Positions 34,301-43,065 of a stretch of 64,000 nucleotides of DNA are shown piece after piece. The position numbers and the translations under genes were made by a program. Source of the DNA: Candidatus Nanosyncoccus sp. (GTDB taxonomy: Bacteria > Patescibacteriota > Saccharimonadia > Saccharimonadales > Saccharimonadaceae). The notes below the pieces were generated by a model that saw nothing but the letters and a program-made list of their open reading frames with translations, searched no databases and was not told the DNA's origin. The stretch is from the NCBI GenBank assembly GCA_045632725.1, contig JAZQXF010000038.1, positions 10,179 through 74,178 of the forward strand, read 5' to 3'. How positions within the stretch are numbered: position 1 is the first letter of the stretch; the number at the start of each line of letters is the position of its first letter.

Positions 34301-35320
34301 TTAACCGATATGGTGCTCTTTTAGCTCCTCCGGTGTCGGTGAACGCTCTATCTCGCCATCTTTCCACCAGTAGTACTCTATTTCATAGAGTAATTCACTA
34401 CTGGCATAACTGCCAGATAATGTATATGCCTCCGCCTGATCCTGGCAAAACATTCGTTCTGTTCTGCCATCTTGCAGATAGAACGAATAGGTCTTTCTCA
34501 GACCATCTCGCGGACCATCCGCCACCCGGCAAATGGCGGACTCATCTAGGAAGCTCACAAAGCTGCCCTTTTGCCACTTAACATATACCTTTTGCCACTG
34601 ACCAGCAGAAAGCTGTTCAGCGACATTGACGTTCCATGTAACTTCCCACTTTCCTGTCGCTACATCTTTGTAGAAGTAGCCGATACCATCCCCATCGGGG
34701 ACAGCCCTGCTAACTGCAAATGGCCCAGGCACAAGGTTGTTAGACACAGGATTGGAGTTAGATGTCGCAGGTGCGACAGGCGCAGGCGCCGATTGCGTAA
34801 GCTGCTCCTTGACTTTCTTCATCTCATCCTCCAGTGTTATCAGGCGATCATGATAGCTGGCCGATTCGCTCTCCATCTTTGCTAAGCTATCTTTCTGAGC
34901 ATTCAGTTCACTCTCATAGCTAGCTAGCCTGTTGGTGAGCTCGGTTTTCACCGCATCGAGCATGTCACAGATTTTTGTGACAGCATTGGCGGATTCAAAT
35001 CCGGGCGTAGCTTGCCCATTCGAATGAATCGTCTGCGACTCTGCTGTAGTCTTGGGCTGCTCCTTCTTGGGAGCAGGAGCGGGCGTTGCAGGTTTAGACT
35101 GCTGTACAGACTGAGGAACAGAAGCGGATGCGGCGGGCTGAGGCGCAGGAGCGGGAGCGGGCGTTGCCGGCGTAGCCTGCTGTGCAGGCTGGCTCGTGGG
35201 AGTCGGTGCTGCAGACTGTGCAGGCACCTTACCAGAGGCATTAGCCTCCATGGCAGAAGCTTCAATCGGCAAGTTACCTCTGTCTTTCTTCTTCCAAAAC
35301 GGTGCTTTCTTGGATAACAT
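34301..35320 (-). CDS. hypothetical protein (Pro/Ala-rich N-terminus, coiled coil, globular C-terminus)
   Basis: 339 aa. Consensus promoter 35393-35421, SD taagggggaaaattgttATG, terminator 34213-34242. The most GC-rich gene in the window by eye. Confidence 0.55.
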   Translation of the reverse strand: MLSKKAPFWKKKDRGNLPIEASAMEANASGKVPAQSAAPTPTSQPAQQATPATPAPAPAPQPAASASVPQSVQQSKPATPAPAPKKEQPKTTAESQTIHSNGQATPGFESANAVTKICDMLDAVKTELTNRLASYESELNAQKDSLAKMESESASYHDRLITLEDEMKKVKEQLTQSAPAPVAPATSNSNPVSNNLVPGPFAVSRAVPDGDGIGYFYKDVATGKWEVTWNVNVAEQLSAGQWQKVYVKWQKGSFVSFLDESAICRVADGPRDGLRKTYSFYLQDGRTERMFCQDQAEAYTLSGSYASSELLYEIEYYWWKDGEIERSPTPEELKEHHIG

Positions 35321-35392
35321 AACAATTTTCCCCCTTATAAAATTTTAATTGTCACCTTTTCCTACCTTTTTAAGGTGCATTTTTATAACTTA

Positions 35393-35421
35393 ATTATAGC
35401 ACACACCATAATTTTTGTCAA
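35393..35421 (-). promoter_or_regulatory. consensus promoter of the 34301-35320 gene
   Basis: Minus strand TTGACA-N17-TATAAT (TGCTATAAT). Confidence 0.7.
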
Positions 35422-35522
35422 TACTTAAGACATTATAATTACTAAATGCCAAATATTTCACTCGCTCCATCTTGATTTTTCTCCAACAATCGCTATAATA
35501 TATAGTATTGTAGTACCTATCT

Positions 35523-35600
35523 GGTGGGATTAGCTCAGATGGTTAGAGCGTCTGATTGTGGTCCAGAAGGTCGTCGGTTCGATCCCGATATCCCACCCCA
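35523..35600 (+). tRNA. tRNA-His (GTG) with encoded G-1 and CCA
   Basis: Hand-folded cloverleaf: G-1 + GTGGGAT acceptor / ATCCCAC-C-CCA, anticodon loop TTGTGGT. Confidence 0.85.
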
Positions 35601-35619
35601 AGTGCTACAAAAGTATATT

Positions 35620-35694
35620 GCGAGCATAGTACAGCGGCTAGTATATCAGTTTTCCAAACTGAGGATGAGAGTTCGACCCTCTCTGCTCGCACCA
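35620..35694 (+). tRNA. tRNA-Gly (TCC)
   Basis: Acceptor GCGAGCA/TGCTCGC, anticodon arm TCAGT-TTTCCAA-ACTGA, T arm GAGAG-TTCGACC-CTCTC, CCA encoded. Confidence 0.9.
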
Positions 35695-35763
35695 CAAGAT
35701 AAGCCTCCGTGCTTATTTTTTGTTGCCCCCCCATTCGCATCAAAACTACCCCTAATACCTTAT

Positions 35764-36207
35764 CTATTTAATACCAAACTTTGGTTTAATCGATGACGTA
35801 AAGCGCTTCACCGCAGATACCGCCGCATGCGGCACATTGTTATTTGTGTGAGATGCGTTACTCGTACCCGGCGTACCAGCACTACCGCCTATCCGTGATC
35901 CACTATTTATACCCGACATACTAGTATTATTCTTCACATCTGCACCGCCCACCTTCATACTAGCACCTTTCTCCGACTGAACATATTCTTTCGCCCTCGG
36001 ACCATTCATATATGCACTATTTGCAATTCGCGAATCATTATATCTCTTTATAATCTGCCTATTACCATCCACTTCCATCCTCTTGTCAAAGCCCTCCACC
36101 GATGTCGTACCCATAGCCTCAGCACTCTGTGCCTTTCCGTACGCCGAGGAATGAAAAATATCCTCTTTCTTTTCCCGCATTACATATTTAATAAATGGAT
36201 TCTTCAT
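35764..36207 (-). CDS. hypothetical protein
   Basis: 147-aa ORF immediately downstream of 36211-36864. Ser/Gly/Asn-rich with no motif. Confidence 0.4.
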   Translation of the reverse strand: MKNPFIKYVMREKKEDIFHSSAYGKAQSAEAMGTTSVEGFDKRMEVDGNRQIIKRYNDSRIANSAYMNGPRAKEYVQSEKGASMKVGGADVKNNTSMSGINSGSRIGGSAGTPGTSNASHTNNNVPHAAVSAVKRFTSSIKPKFGIK

Positions 36208-36210
36208 AAA

Positions 36211-36864
36211 CTATTTTGGCAAAAGCAAGAATGCCACCGTTCCTGCTGCAGCCCCCAATATCACGGCCAATATTATCGCCACTACTCGCCCCACCTTTGC
36301 ATCCTTCTCTGGCTTTGAAATAATCGTTACCGGCCCAGTAGCCTCCTCCTTAGTGGGCTCCACTTTCCGCTCATAAACATTCTTTGATAGTGGCCGCTTT
36401 GCCACCTTCGCCTGGTTGATAAACGGCGACTTTGGAATCTTCATCTTAGACTTATCTTCCGCTTTCTCCTCTGTTTGTTTGGACTTTTCCACAGGCTTTT
36501 CCACAGGCCTAGCTAGCTTTTTTGCGGCTATTTTTACCGACTTTGCTTCCGCCAAATCACCCTTAGCATCCCTGGGCTGCCCACTAGACAATGGCCGCTT
36601 TTGTACCTCTGTCTTCACAAACTTCGACTGAAAATCTTCAATCACGCCATACTTTGGCTCTTTTCTCAGTGCAAATGTTTCTGCACCTATTCTTAAATCA
36701 TCATCTTCTAATACTAGCTCTTCATATACCATTCTTGATTTCGCCGCCCCTGCCCATACATCGGAATCCACTGTCTTTTTCCCTGTCGGCTTTTTTGCCG
36801 TAGCAATAGCCGATGGCGCCTTAGCCACTCTAGATGGAACAAAATCAATATATTTTTTATTCAT
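36211..36864 (-). CDS. hypothetical protein with C-terminal TM anchor
   Basis: 217 aa, Lys/Glu-rich, C-terminal VVAIILAVILGAAAGTVAFLLL. Start overlaps the tpiA stop. Confidence 0.45.
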   Translation of the reverse strand: MNKKYIDFVPSRVAKAPSAIATAKKPTGKKTVDSDVWAGAAKSRMVYEELVLEDDDLRIGAETFALRKEPKYGVIEDFQSKFVKTEVQKRPLSSGQPRDAKGDLAEAKSVKIAAKKLARPVEKPVEKSKQTEEKAEDKSKMKIPKSPFINQAKVAKRPLSKNVYERKVEPTKEEATGPVTIISKPEKDAKVGRVVAIILAVILGAAAGTVAFLLLPK

Positions 36865-37628
36865 TATCTCACTCTTTTAGCTATTTCGATTATATCAATG
36901 AACTCCCCCAGAATCAAGCTCGAACCGCCCATTAACAAACCATTTACCCCTGGCACTGTCAAATATGCTCCCGCATTAGCAGAATTGACACTACCACCAA
37001 ATAACACCGGAACTTCTTCACCCGCTTTACCATACATTTCCTGTAAAATCTTACGAACTAGCCCCACCGCTTCGGCTACCTCATCTGGAGCGGCCAACTT
37101 AGCCGACTTAGCACTAGAAATCGCCCACACTGGCTCATACGCCACTATTACCTTATTAATATCATCATCCGCTACTTCAGCTAACCCACCAACCAATTGA
37201 TCACGAATCACATCTGCTGTCTCTCCAAATGTCCGCTCGCTCTCTATCTCACCTATACATAGTATTGGCGTAATCTTATTCCGAATCGCCGCCGCCACTT
37301 TTTTCTGCACCATCTTATCATCTTCTCTGAATATATATCTCCGTTCCGAATGTCCAATAATCGCATAATCCACCATTCCTCTCAGTTGCGAAAAAGAAGT
37401 CTCGCCCGTAAAAGCCCCATAATCCCTATAGAAAGCATTCTGTACCGCTAGCTTTACCTTGTGTCTGTCTACTTGCAAAGACAACGGTTGCAAAGCTATT
37501 GTTGGCGGTGCCACCACTACCTCTAGATCTCTATAATTTGGCAAAGCTTTTAACAGCTTATGAAGATAGATAGAAGCCTCCCCCACTGTAAAATTTAACT
37601 TCCAATTGCCCACGATATAAGTTTTCAT
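36864..37628 (-). CDS. tpiA: triosephosphate isomerase
   Basis: MKTYIVGNWKLN, IIGHSERR, VAYEPVWAI, FGGSVN. Start 6 nt after TATGCTATAAT. Confidence 0.9.
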   Translation of the reverse strand: MKTYIVGNWKLNFTVGEASIYLHKLLKALPNYRDLEVVVAPPTIALQPLSLQVDRHKVKLAVQNAFYRDYGAFTGETSFSQLRGMVDYAIIGHSERRYIFREDDKMVQKKVAAAIRNKITPILCIGEIESERTFGETADVIRDQLVGGLAEVADDDINKVIVAYEPVWAISSAKSAKLAAPDEVAEAVGLVRKILQEMYGKAGEEVPVLFGGSVNSANAGAYLTVPGVNGLLMGGSSLILGEFIDIIEIAKRVR

Positions 37629-37647
37629 GCTACAATTATAGCATATG
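37626..37647. promoter_or_regulatory. overlapping divergent leaderless promoters of tpiA and the HAD gene
   Basis: catGCTACAATTATAGCatATG. The plus -10 TACAAT is at 37631-36 and the minus -10 TATAAT at 37640-35, overlapping by 2 bp. Only 16 bp separate the two start codons. Confidence 0.65.
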
Positions 37648-38409
37648 AAAAAAGTTTTAGCATTCGACATAGATCAAACCTTAAACGTGGCCAAGACACC
37701 AATTACTGATGATATCGCTGATTTATTAGTAAAATGTCTAGACCATTTCGAAATTTGCCCCATTTCGGGCCAAAAGTTCGATCAATTTCTTATTCAAATA
37801 GTAGACCGTTTACCTAACCCCACCCCAGAGCAGCTTAGCCACTTACATCTTTTCGTAGCTCAAGGAACACAATATTATCGCTATGATGTCTCCAAAAAAG
37901 ACTGGGTCCAAGTATATAACTACCCCCTCACAGAAGAACAAGTCACCAAAATCACCGAGACTATCGAAAAAGCCGCTCGCGAGCTAGGATATTGGGAAGA
38001 AGATAAATTAAAAGAAGGTGATGAAATCATCGAAAATCGCCTCTCCCAAGTCACCTTCTCTGCTCTCGGTCAAAAAGCCGGCACCGAGGAGAAATACGCT
38101 TGGGATCCAGATCACAAGAAGCGTGAAGCAATTTGCGCTCGCTGTCGCGAGCTCGCGCCCGAGTTCGAATACGAGATCGGTGGCACCACTTCTATCAACG
38201 CCATCACCCCTGGCATGAATAAGGTATTCGGGATGACTCATCTATTAGAAGAACTAGATGTTAAAAAAGAGGATATTCTCTACTTTGGCGACATGACTCA
38301 GCCCGGCGGCAACGATTACCCAGTAGTCCAGATGGGCATTGATACCATCACCGTGCGCAATCACGAAGACACCGCCTATAGTTTACGCGGTATTCTGGGT
38401 GTGTTATAA
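37645..38409 (+). CDS. HAD-IIB family hydrolase (phosphomannomutase-like)
   Basis: VLAFDIDQTL (DxDxT), YFGDMTQPGGNDYP. Confidence 0.65.
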   Translation: MKKVLAFDIDQTLNVAKTPITDDIADLLVKCLDHFEICPISGQKFDQFLIQIVDRLPNPTPEQLSHLHLFVAQGTQYYRYDVSKKDWVQVYNYPLTEEQVTKITETIEKAARELGYWEEDKLKEGDEIIENRLSQVTFSALGQKAGTEEKYAWDPDHKKREAICARCRELAPEFEYEIGGTTSINAITPGMNKVFGMTHLLEELDVKKEDILYFGDMTQPGGNDYPVVQMGIDTITVRNHEDTAYSLRGILGVL

Positions 38410-38416
38410 TTAAAGC

Positions 38417-40258
38417 ATGAATATTTTGGTGGTGGGGAATGTCCTCAAGGATGTTTATCTCAATATAGACAACCGTTCCGAGCAATTAGAGACCGATGAC
38501 AACAATACTCAATGGCTAGATATCAGCTTTGATTCCAGCGAGCACCACTTTTTTAACCGCAATTCCAGTCTAGGCGGTGCTGCCATCTCTTTAGAAGTCT
38601 TGCAAAAAATAGGCATCCCTACTGCTATTTCTGGCTCCAACTTACAGCTAGAAAACGATGGACTCACCCTCGCATCGGCCGCCGAGACTTACCGTTATAT
38701 CCTAATAGCCGACGGGAGAACCAGTTACATAGTACCTAGCAAATATCACCCCACCGATTTCTCCCCCCCCGCTGAGCCGGTAGATTATCTCTATATAGAC
38801 CGCTCCGCCGAGCTTACTACTGATGCTAGCGCCAAAATCCAAGCCTATCTCGACATCTCTGCAAACACCAAATTAGTCATCTATGTCCGTAATTTTAAAA
38901 ACCCCAACCTAAACGAACTTATCCCCCGTTCAAGTCTCATCTTTTTGGAAGATAACAGAGATAATTCGGAACTTCAAAACGCGCTTGCATTATCCGATCT
39001 TTCACCAGAAAAAATCATCCATCTATCCGAGACCAAGCTTTCTTACTCAGATATCTCCGAATCAATTTCCCCTAGCCGCATAGACATCTTTACGCACTTA
39101 TCTCTGTATTCAATCGCCTCAGCTACTATTCTCGGCGGCTTTGTGCTTGGTCAATCTGTAGAAGATAGCCTAAATCTAGCCCGCATCAATATCGAAAATT
39201 CCAAGCTTAATTCCACCCTTACACTCAAAGAGCTTCAAGAGATAGCCGCAAACACCACATCAAGTGACAATCTCGAGCTCATTGCTGCAAGTTTGGTTTT
39301 GAAAGATAAAGGCATTCTTGCCGCTGATGAATCCGGTGGCTCCATCAAAAAGAAATTTGCCGAACTTAATATTCCTGATACCTACGAAAATCGCCGTGAT
39401 TATCGCAATATCTTCTTCACTACGCCAAATATAGAACAATATCTCAATGGTATTATTCTCTTTGATGAAACCACCAAGCAACTCGCCGATAATGGTCAAA
39501 ATTATGTCGATTTCCTCACCACTCGCCGTATCATACCTGGTATTAAAGTGGATCAAGGCCTAGTCAATTTCGATAATTCCTTAGAAACTTACACTAGAGG
39601 TTTAGATGAACTAGATGAAAGATTGCAAGAATATTTCGTAGCCGGCCTCCGTTTTGCCAAATGGCGCGCCGCTTTCGAAATTCATCTTTCTGTTTCTGGA
39701 AATATTATTACCCCTACCGATAAAGCTATCAATGAAAACTGCCGTATTCTTGCCGAATACGCCAAAAAATGCCAATCAGCCGGCCTCGTACCCATTGTTG
39801 AGCCAGAAGTTGTTTATGATGGATATTATTCTATCAAGCAAAACGCCGAAGTCACTAGCCATATCCTAGATACACTCTTCACCAAACTAGCCGATTTCGG
39901 AGTAAACTTACGCGCTTGCATCCTCAAGGTCAATATGGTTCTAGCTGGCAAAAACTATAATCAGCCATCCACCCCAGAAGAAGTAGGAGAAATCACCGCC
40001 AAAGTCCTAAAGGAACACGTTCCTGCCGAACTCGCCGGTATAGTCTTTCTCTCCGGTGGCCAAACAGTCGAACAATCTACCACTAACCTCGCCGCGATCA
40101 AAGAAAACGGCCCCTTCCCCTGGCCAATCACTTTCTCTTTCGCCCGCGCTCTACAATCCCCCGCTCTCCACACCTGGGCCGGCAACAATCAGAATACCGA
40201 TGCCGCTCGCCAAGCTTTCTTAGATAGATTAATCGCAAATGTAGAAGCAATCAAATAG
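38417..40258 (+). CDS. fba: class I fructose-bisphosphate aldolase with ~290-aa N-terminal PfkB/ribokinase-like (apparently degenerate) domain
   Basis: C-terminal half: ILAADESGGSIKKKF, IPGIKVDQG, FAKWRA, PIVEPEV, LKVNMV, FLSGGQ, SFARALQ (class I FBA). N-terminal half: MNILVVGNVLKDVYL...GGAAIS... is PfkB-like, but the DTxGAGD site is replaced (LSLYSIA). Confidence 0.8.
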   Translation: MNILVVGNVLKDVYLNIDNRSEQLETDDNNTQWLDISFDSSEHHFFNRNSSLGGAAISLEVLQKIGIPTAISGSNLQLENDGLTLASAAETYRYILIADGRTSYIVPSKYHPTDFSPPAEPVDYLYIDRSAELTTDASAKIQAYLDISANTKLVIYVRNFKNPNLNELIPRSSLIFLEDNRDNSELQNALALSDLSPEKIIHLSETKLSYSDISESISPSRIDIFTHLSLYSIASATILGGFVLGQSVEDSLNLARINIENSKLNSTLTLKELQEIAANTTSSDNLELIAASLVLKDKGILAADESGGSIKKKFAELNIPDTYENRRDYRNIFFTTPNIEQYLNGIILFDETTKQLADNGQNYVDFLTTRRIIPGIKVDQGLVNFDNSLETYTRGLDELDERLQEYFVAGLRFAKWRAAFEIHLSVSGNIITPTDKAINENCRILAEYAKKCQSAGLVPIVEPEVVYDGYYSIKQNAEVTSHILDTLFTKLADFGVNLRACILKVNMVLAGKNYNQPSTPEEVGEITAKVLKEHVPAELAGIVFLSGGQTVEQSTTNLAAIKENGPFPWPITFSFARALQSPALHTWAGNNQNTDAARQAFLDRLIANVEAIK

Positions 40259-40330
40259 CATAAACACCATTCGCCAATGCAATGAGTTTTAGACCATTTT
40301 TATTTATTATATTTTATCAACTTAACAATG

Positions 40331-40362
40331 AAAAAATCTCCCAAATTTAAGGAGATTTTTTC
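40331..40362. terminator. bidirectional intrinsic terminator (fba / rplY)
   Basis: AAAAAATCTCC-N9-GGAGATTTTTT. Confidence 0.8.
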
Positions 40363-40397
40363 TTACCATATACTGTACAAATCCGAGTTGGGAAAGA

Positions 40398-41072
40398 TTA
40401 TTCCTTTGATCCTTCCTCTTCAACTTTCGCTGGCTCTTCCTCCGCTGTCGACTCGACAGCCTCAGTAGCTTCAGCCCTCTCTTCCGCCTCACGTGCTGCC
40501 GCTTCTGCCGCTGGATCGTATAGCGATGCTATCACCTGTTCTGAATCCAATTCTTTATCGGCTAGCTCCACGCCCTTTGGCAATACTATATCAGCCACCG
40601 TAATCTTATCTTCCACTTCTTTCATATTGGATGCATCAATCTCCAATTCCTTTGGCAAGTCCGCCGGCTTCGCTTTTACATCTATTTCTTCCATTGCTTG
40701 GTTCAATGCAAAATGATAAGTCTTTGATGCTTCTGAAGCTTCGAAGTTTACAATCACTATAGGGGTAGTTGCCTCCACTACTTCCTTTGCCGAAATAGCT
40801 TGAAATTCCACATTCATAATCTTACGTGATACTGGGTCAATTGCTACGCTCTTCACAATCGCTAGATGCTTTTTACCGGCCATGTCTAAATCTATCGGCG
40901 AATGATATCCAGCCTTCTCTAGTACTTTCTCGGTTGCCACATACTCAGATGCTAAAAGCACCGACTCTTTACCACCATATACCACAGAAGGAATCAATCC
41001 CTTCGCTCTTAAATCTTTCAACTTTTTACCAGTCGCTTCACGTTTTTCTAAAGTTAACTTATATTCAGCCAT
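40398..41072 (-). CDS. rplY: 50S ribosomal protein L25 / general stress protein Ctc
   Basis: LTLEKREATGKKLKDLRAKGLIPSVVYGG, with an acidic C-terminal tail. Confidence 0.85.
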   Translation of the reverse strand: MAEYKLTLEKREATGKKLKDLRAKGLIPSVVYGGKESVLLASEYVATEKVLEKAGYHSPIDLDMAGKKHLAIVKSVAIDPVSRKIMNVEFQAISAKEVVEATTPIVIVNFEASEASKTYHFALNQAMEEIDVKAKPADLPKELEIDASNMKEVEDKITVADIVLPKGVELADKELDSEQVIASLYDPAAEAAAREAEERAEATEAVESTAEEEPAKVEEEGSKE

Positions 41073-41100
41073 GATAATTCCTTTCTCTGTTTAAATTATA

Positions 41101-41592
41101 TCACACCTTTCGGACCTTCACCATTGCTGGTCTTAGGACTTCACCCTCATAATAATACCCCGGCCGCAGAGTCTCGGCAATTACTTCTTTTTCTCCATCA
41201 CCTTCTACCATCACTGCATCATAAAGATCCGGATTAAATTCCAAGCCCTCATCTGATGGGATCTTTATCAAATTAAGCTCCTTCAAAGTTTTCTGCAAAG
41301 ATTTTGTTAGTGGCTTCAACTCATCGTAGCTATTTATTGCCAAATTCATATCATCCAGAAGTGGCAAAATTTTATAGACAGTAGCCAACTGCGCCATTTT
41401 TTTTGCATTTTCCCTCTGCAATTCTACTTGTTTGCGGAAATTTTCAAAATCCGCTCGTGTTCTTTGCAAATCGCTGGTTAATTCCGCAATCTGATTTTCC
41501 ACCTCTGACGCATCTACTTCAACCTTTAAATTTTTCAAATCCCCCACATTCAAAGTAGCCTCAACTTCTTCATCTTTCATCATTTTTTTCAT
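41101..41592 (-). CDS. grpE: nucleotide exchange factor GrpE
   Basis: RTRADFENFRKQ, FNPDLYDAV, and position in an hrcA-grpE operon. Confidence 0.85.
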   Translation of the reverse strand: MKKMMKDEEVEATLNVGDLKNLKVEVDASEVENQIAELTSDLQRTRADFENFRKQVELQRENAKKMAQLATVYKILPLLDDMNLAINSYDELKPLTKSLQKTLKELNLIKIPSDEGLEFNPDLYDAVMVEGDGEKEVIAETLRPGYYYEGEVLRPAMVKVRKV

Positions 41593-42353
41593 AAAATATC
41601 CTCCAACATGCTGCCCGCATGCTTTACTAATGACATTACTTTTGAATAATTCTGCCTCGTTGGACCTAGCACCCCCACATAGCTATTATCCGAAAACGGC
41701 GAACGAAACTTCGACACGATCAACGATACTCCCGAATTCTTACCAATCGGATTCTCATGCCCAATAAAAATATTTAAAGCTTCGCCCGGCGCCGTTTCCC
41801 TCAACCATGGCTCCAAATTGTCCAACAATCTTGCTACAGCCTGTACTCTTTTTGTATCACCAAATTCCGGCTGCATAAATAATCTTGAAATACCAGACAA
41901 ATACAGCTGACTGCCAATCGTTGCTAGTCCCAAGTTTCCGGTCAGCTCTACCAATGTATCTACCGCCTCACGTATTGCCGCATCAGCCTGAGACTGAGAA
42001 GCAGCCCTTCTTTCCATAGCATACTTGCTGCGACCCAACTTACCATCTTCAATCATTCTTACTTCTGGCATATTCATTACATAGGAAGCATCTGTTTCAT
42101 AAAAATCATCCTCAAATGTATCCAAGTTATTCACGTAGAACCTATATCCAGCATCCGTAGGCACCCGTCCCGCCGAAGTATGTGGCTGCGCTATTAGCCC
42201 AAATGCCTCCAGTCGTGCCATCTCCGCCCTGATCGTAGCTGGCGATACATGAAAAAGCTTAGCTAGTGTCACGCTTCCCACCGGGCAAGCCGTTTCGGCA
42301 TATTCCTCAATAATTTGGTTAAGAATCTCTTTCTGCCTTTGAGTAATTTCCAT
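41589..42353 (-). CDS. hrcA: heat-inducible transcription repressor HrcA (short form)
   Basis: QRQKEILNQIIEEYAETACPVGSVTLA...SPATIRAEMARLEAFGLIAQPHTSAGRVPTDAGYRFYV. CIRCE operator immediately upstream. Confidence 0.8.
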   Translation of the reverse strand: MEITQRQKEILNQIIEEYAETACPVGSVTLAKLFHVSPATIRAEMARLEAFGLIAQPHTSAGRVPTDAGYRFYVNNLDTFEDDFYETDASYVMNMPEVRMIEDGKLGRSKYAMERRAASQSQADAAIREAVDTLVELTGNLGLATIGSQLYLSGISRLFMQPEFGDTKRVQAVARLLDNLEPWLRETAPGEALNIFIGHENPIGKNSGVSLIVSKFRSPFSDNSYVGVLGPTRQNYSKVMSLVKHAGSMLEDIL

Positions 42354-42372
42354 ACCTCATATTATACAATAA

Positions 42373-42399
42373 CTAGCACCCAAAATACAAGAGTGCTAA
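42373..42399 (-). promoter_or_regulatory. CIRCE operator (HrcA binding site)
   Basis: CTAGCACCC-N9-GAGTGCTAA on the + strand, which reads TTAGCACTC-N9-GGGTGCTAG on the - strand. The consensus is TTAGCACTC-N9-GAGTGCTAA. It lies 20 nt upstream of the hrcA start. Confidence 0.85.
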
Positions 42400-42427
42400 T
42401 TTCCCCAACTTATGTTAAAATAACCTT

Positions 42428-43051
42428 ATGGATGAAGCAACAAAAATTCAGAATATAAAAGAATGGCTCGGCACCGGTTCTATCAATATATTCGGCTTAC
42501 CCATGTCTGGTAAAGATACTCAAGGTATCAAACTTGCCGAAATATTAGGCGCTAAATTCCTCTCTTCTGGCATGATTATCCGTGCTATGGAACAAGAAAC
42601 TAGGCAAAAATTATCCGACAAAGGGAATCTTATCCCCACTAATATATTTTACGAATGGGTCTTGCCATATTTTAGTCGCCGCGACCTTTTCGAATACCCG
42701 CTAGTCCTCTCTTCTATTGGTCGTTGGAGTGGAGAAGAAGGCGAGGTAATGTCCGTTGCTGCTGGCGCCGGGCACGAAATCAAAGCTGCTATTATTCTCA
42801 ACATCTCCGAAGCCGATGTTGAAAATCGCTTCAATGCAGCCAAAGCTCTAGGTGACCGTGGTGATCGCGCCGACGATAAAGATCTCCCCACCTTCCACAA
42901 CCGCCTTCAAGAGTTCCGTACCAAAACTCTACCAGTTATCCAACATTACAAAGATCTAGGCCTATTGATTGAAATCAACGGCGATCAATCCCGTGAAGCC
43001 GTATTTAACGAAATGATCGACAAACTATATCAAAAATCTCTCATTCAATAA
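42428..43051 (+). CDS. adenylate kinase-family nucleoside monophosphate kinase (divergent P-loop)
   Basis: INIFGLPMSGKDTQGIKLAEILGAKFLSSGMIIR is comparable to the Adk motif GxPGxGKGTQ...iStGdllR. Confidence 0.55.
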   Translation: MDEATKIQNIKEWLGTGSINIFGLPMSGKDTQGIKLAEILGAKFLSSGMIIRAMEQETRQKLSDKGNLIPTNIFYEWVLPYFSRRDLFEYPLVLSSIGRWSGEEGEVMSVAAGAGHEIKAAIILNISEADVENRFNAAKALGDRGDRADDKDLPTFHNRLQEFRTKTLPVIQHYKDLGLLIEINGDQSREAVFNEMIDKLYQKSLIQ

Positions 43052-43065
43052 TCACGGCGAACTAT

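Noticed and set aside
35524-35796. 90-aa plus ORF and 66-aa minus ORF (35543-35743)
   Set aside because: They overlap tRNA-His and tRNA-Gly, so they are artefacts of reading through tRNA genes.
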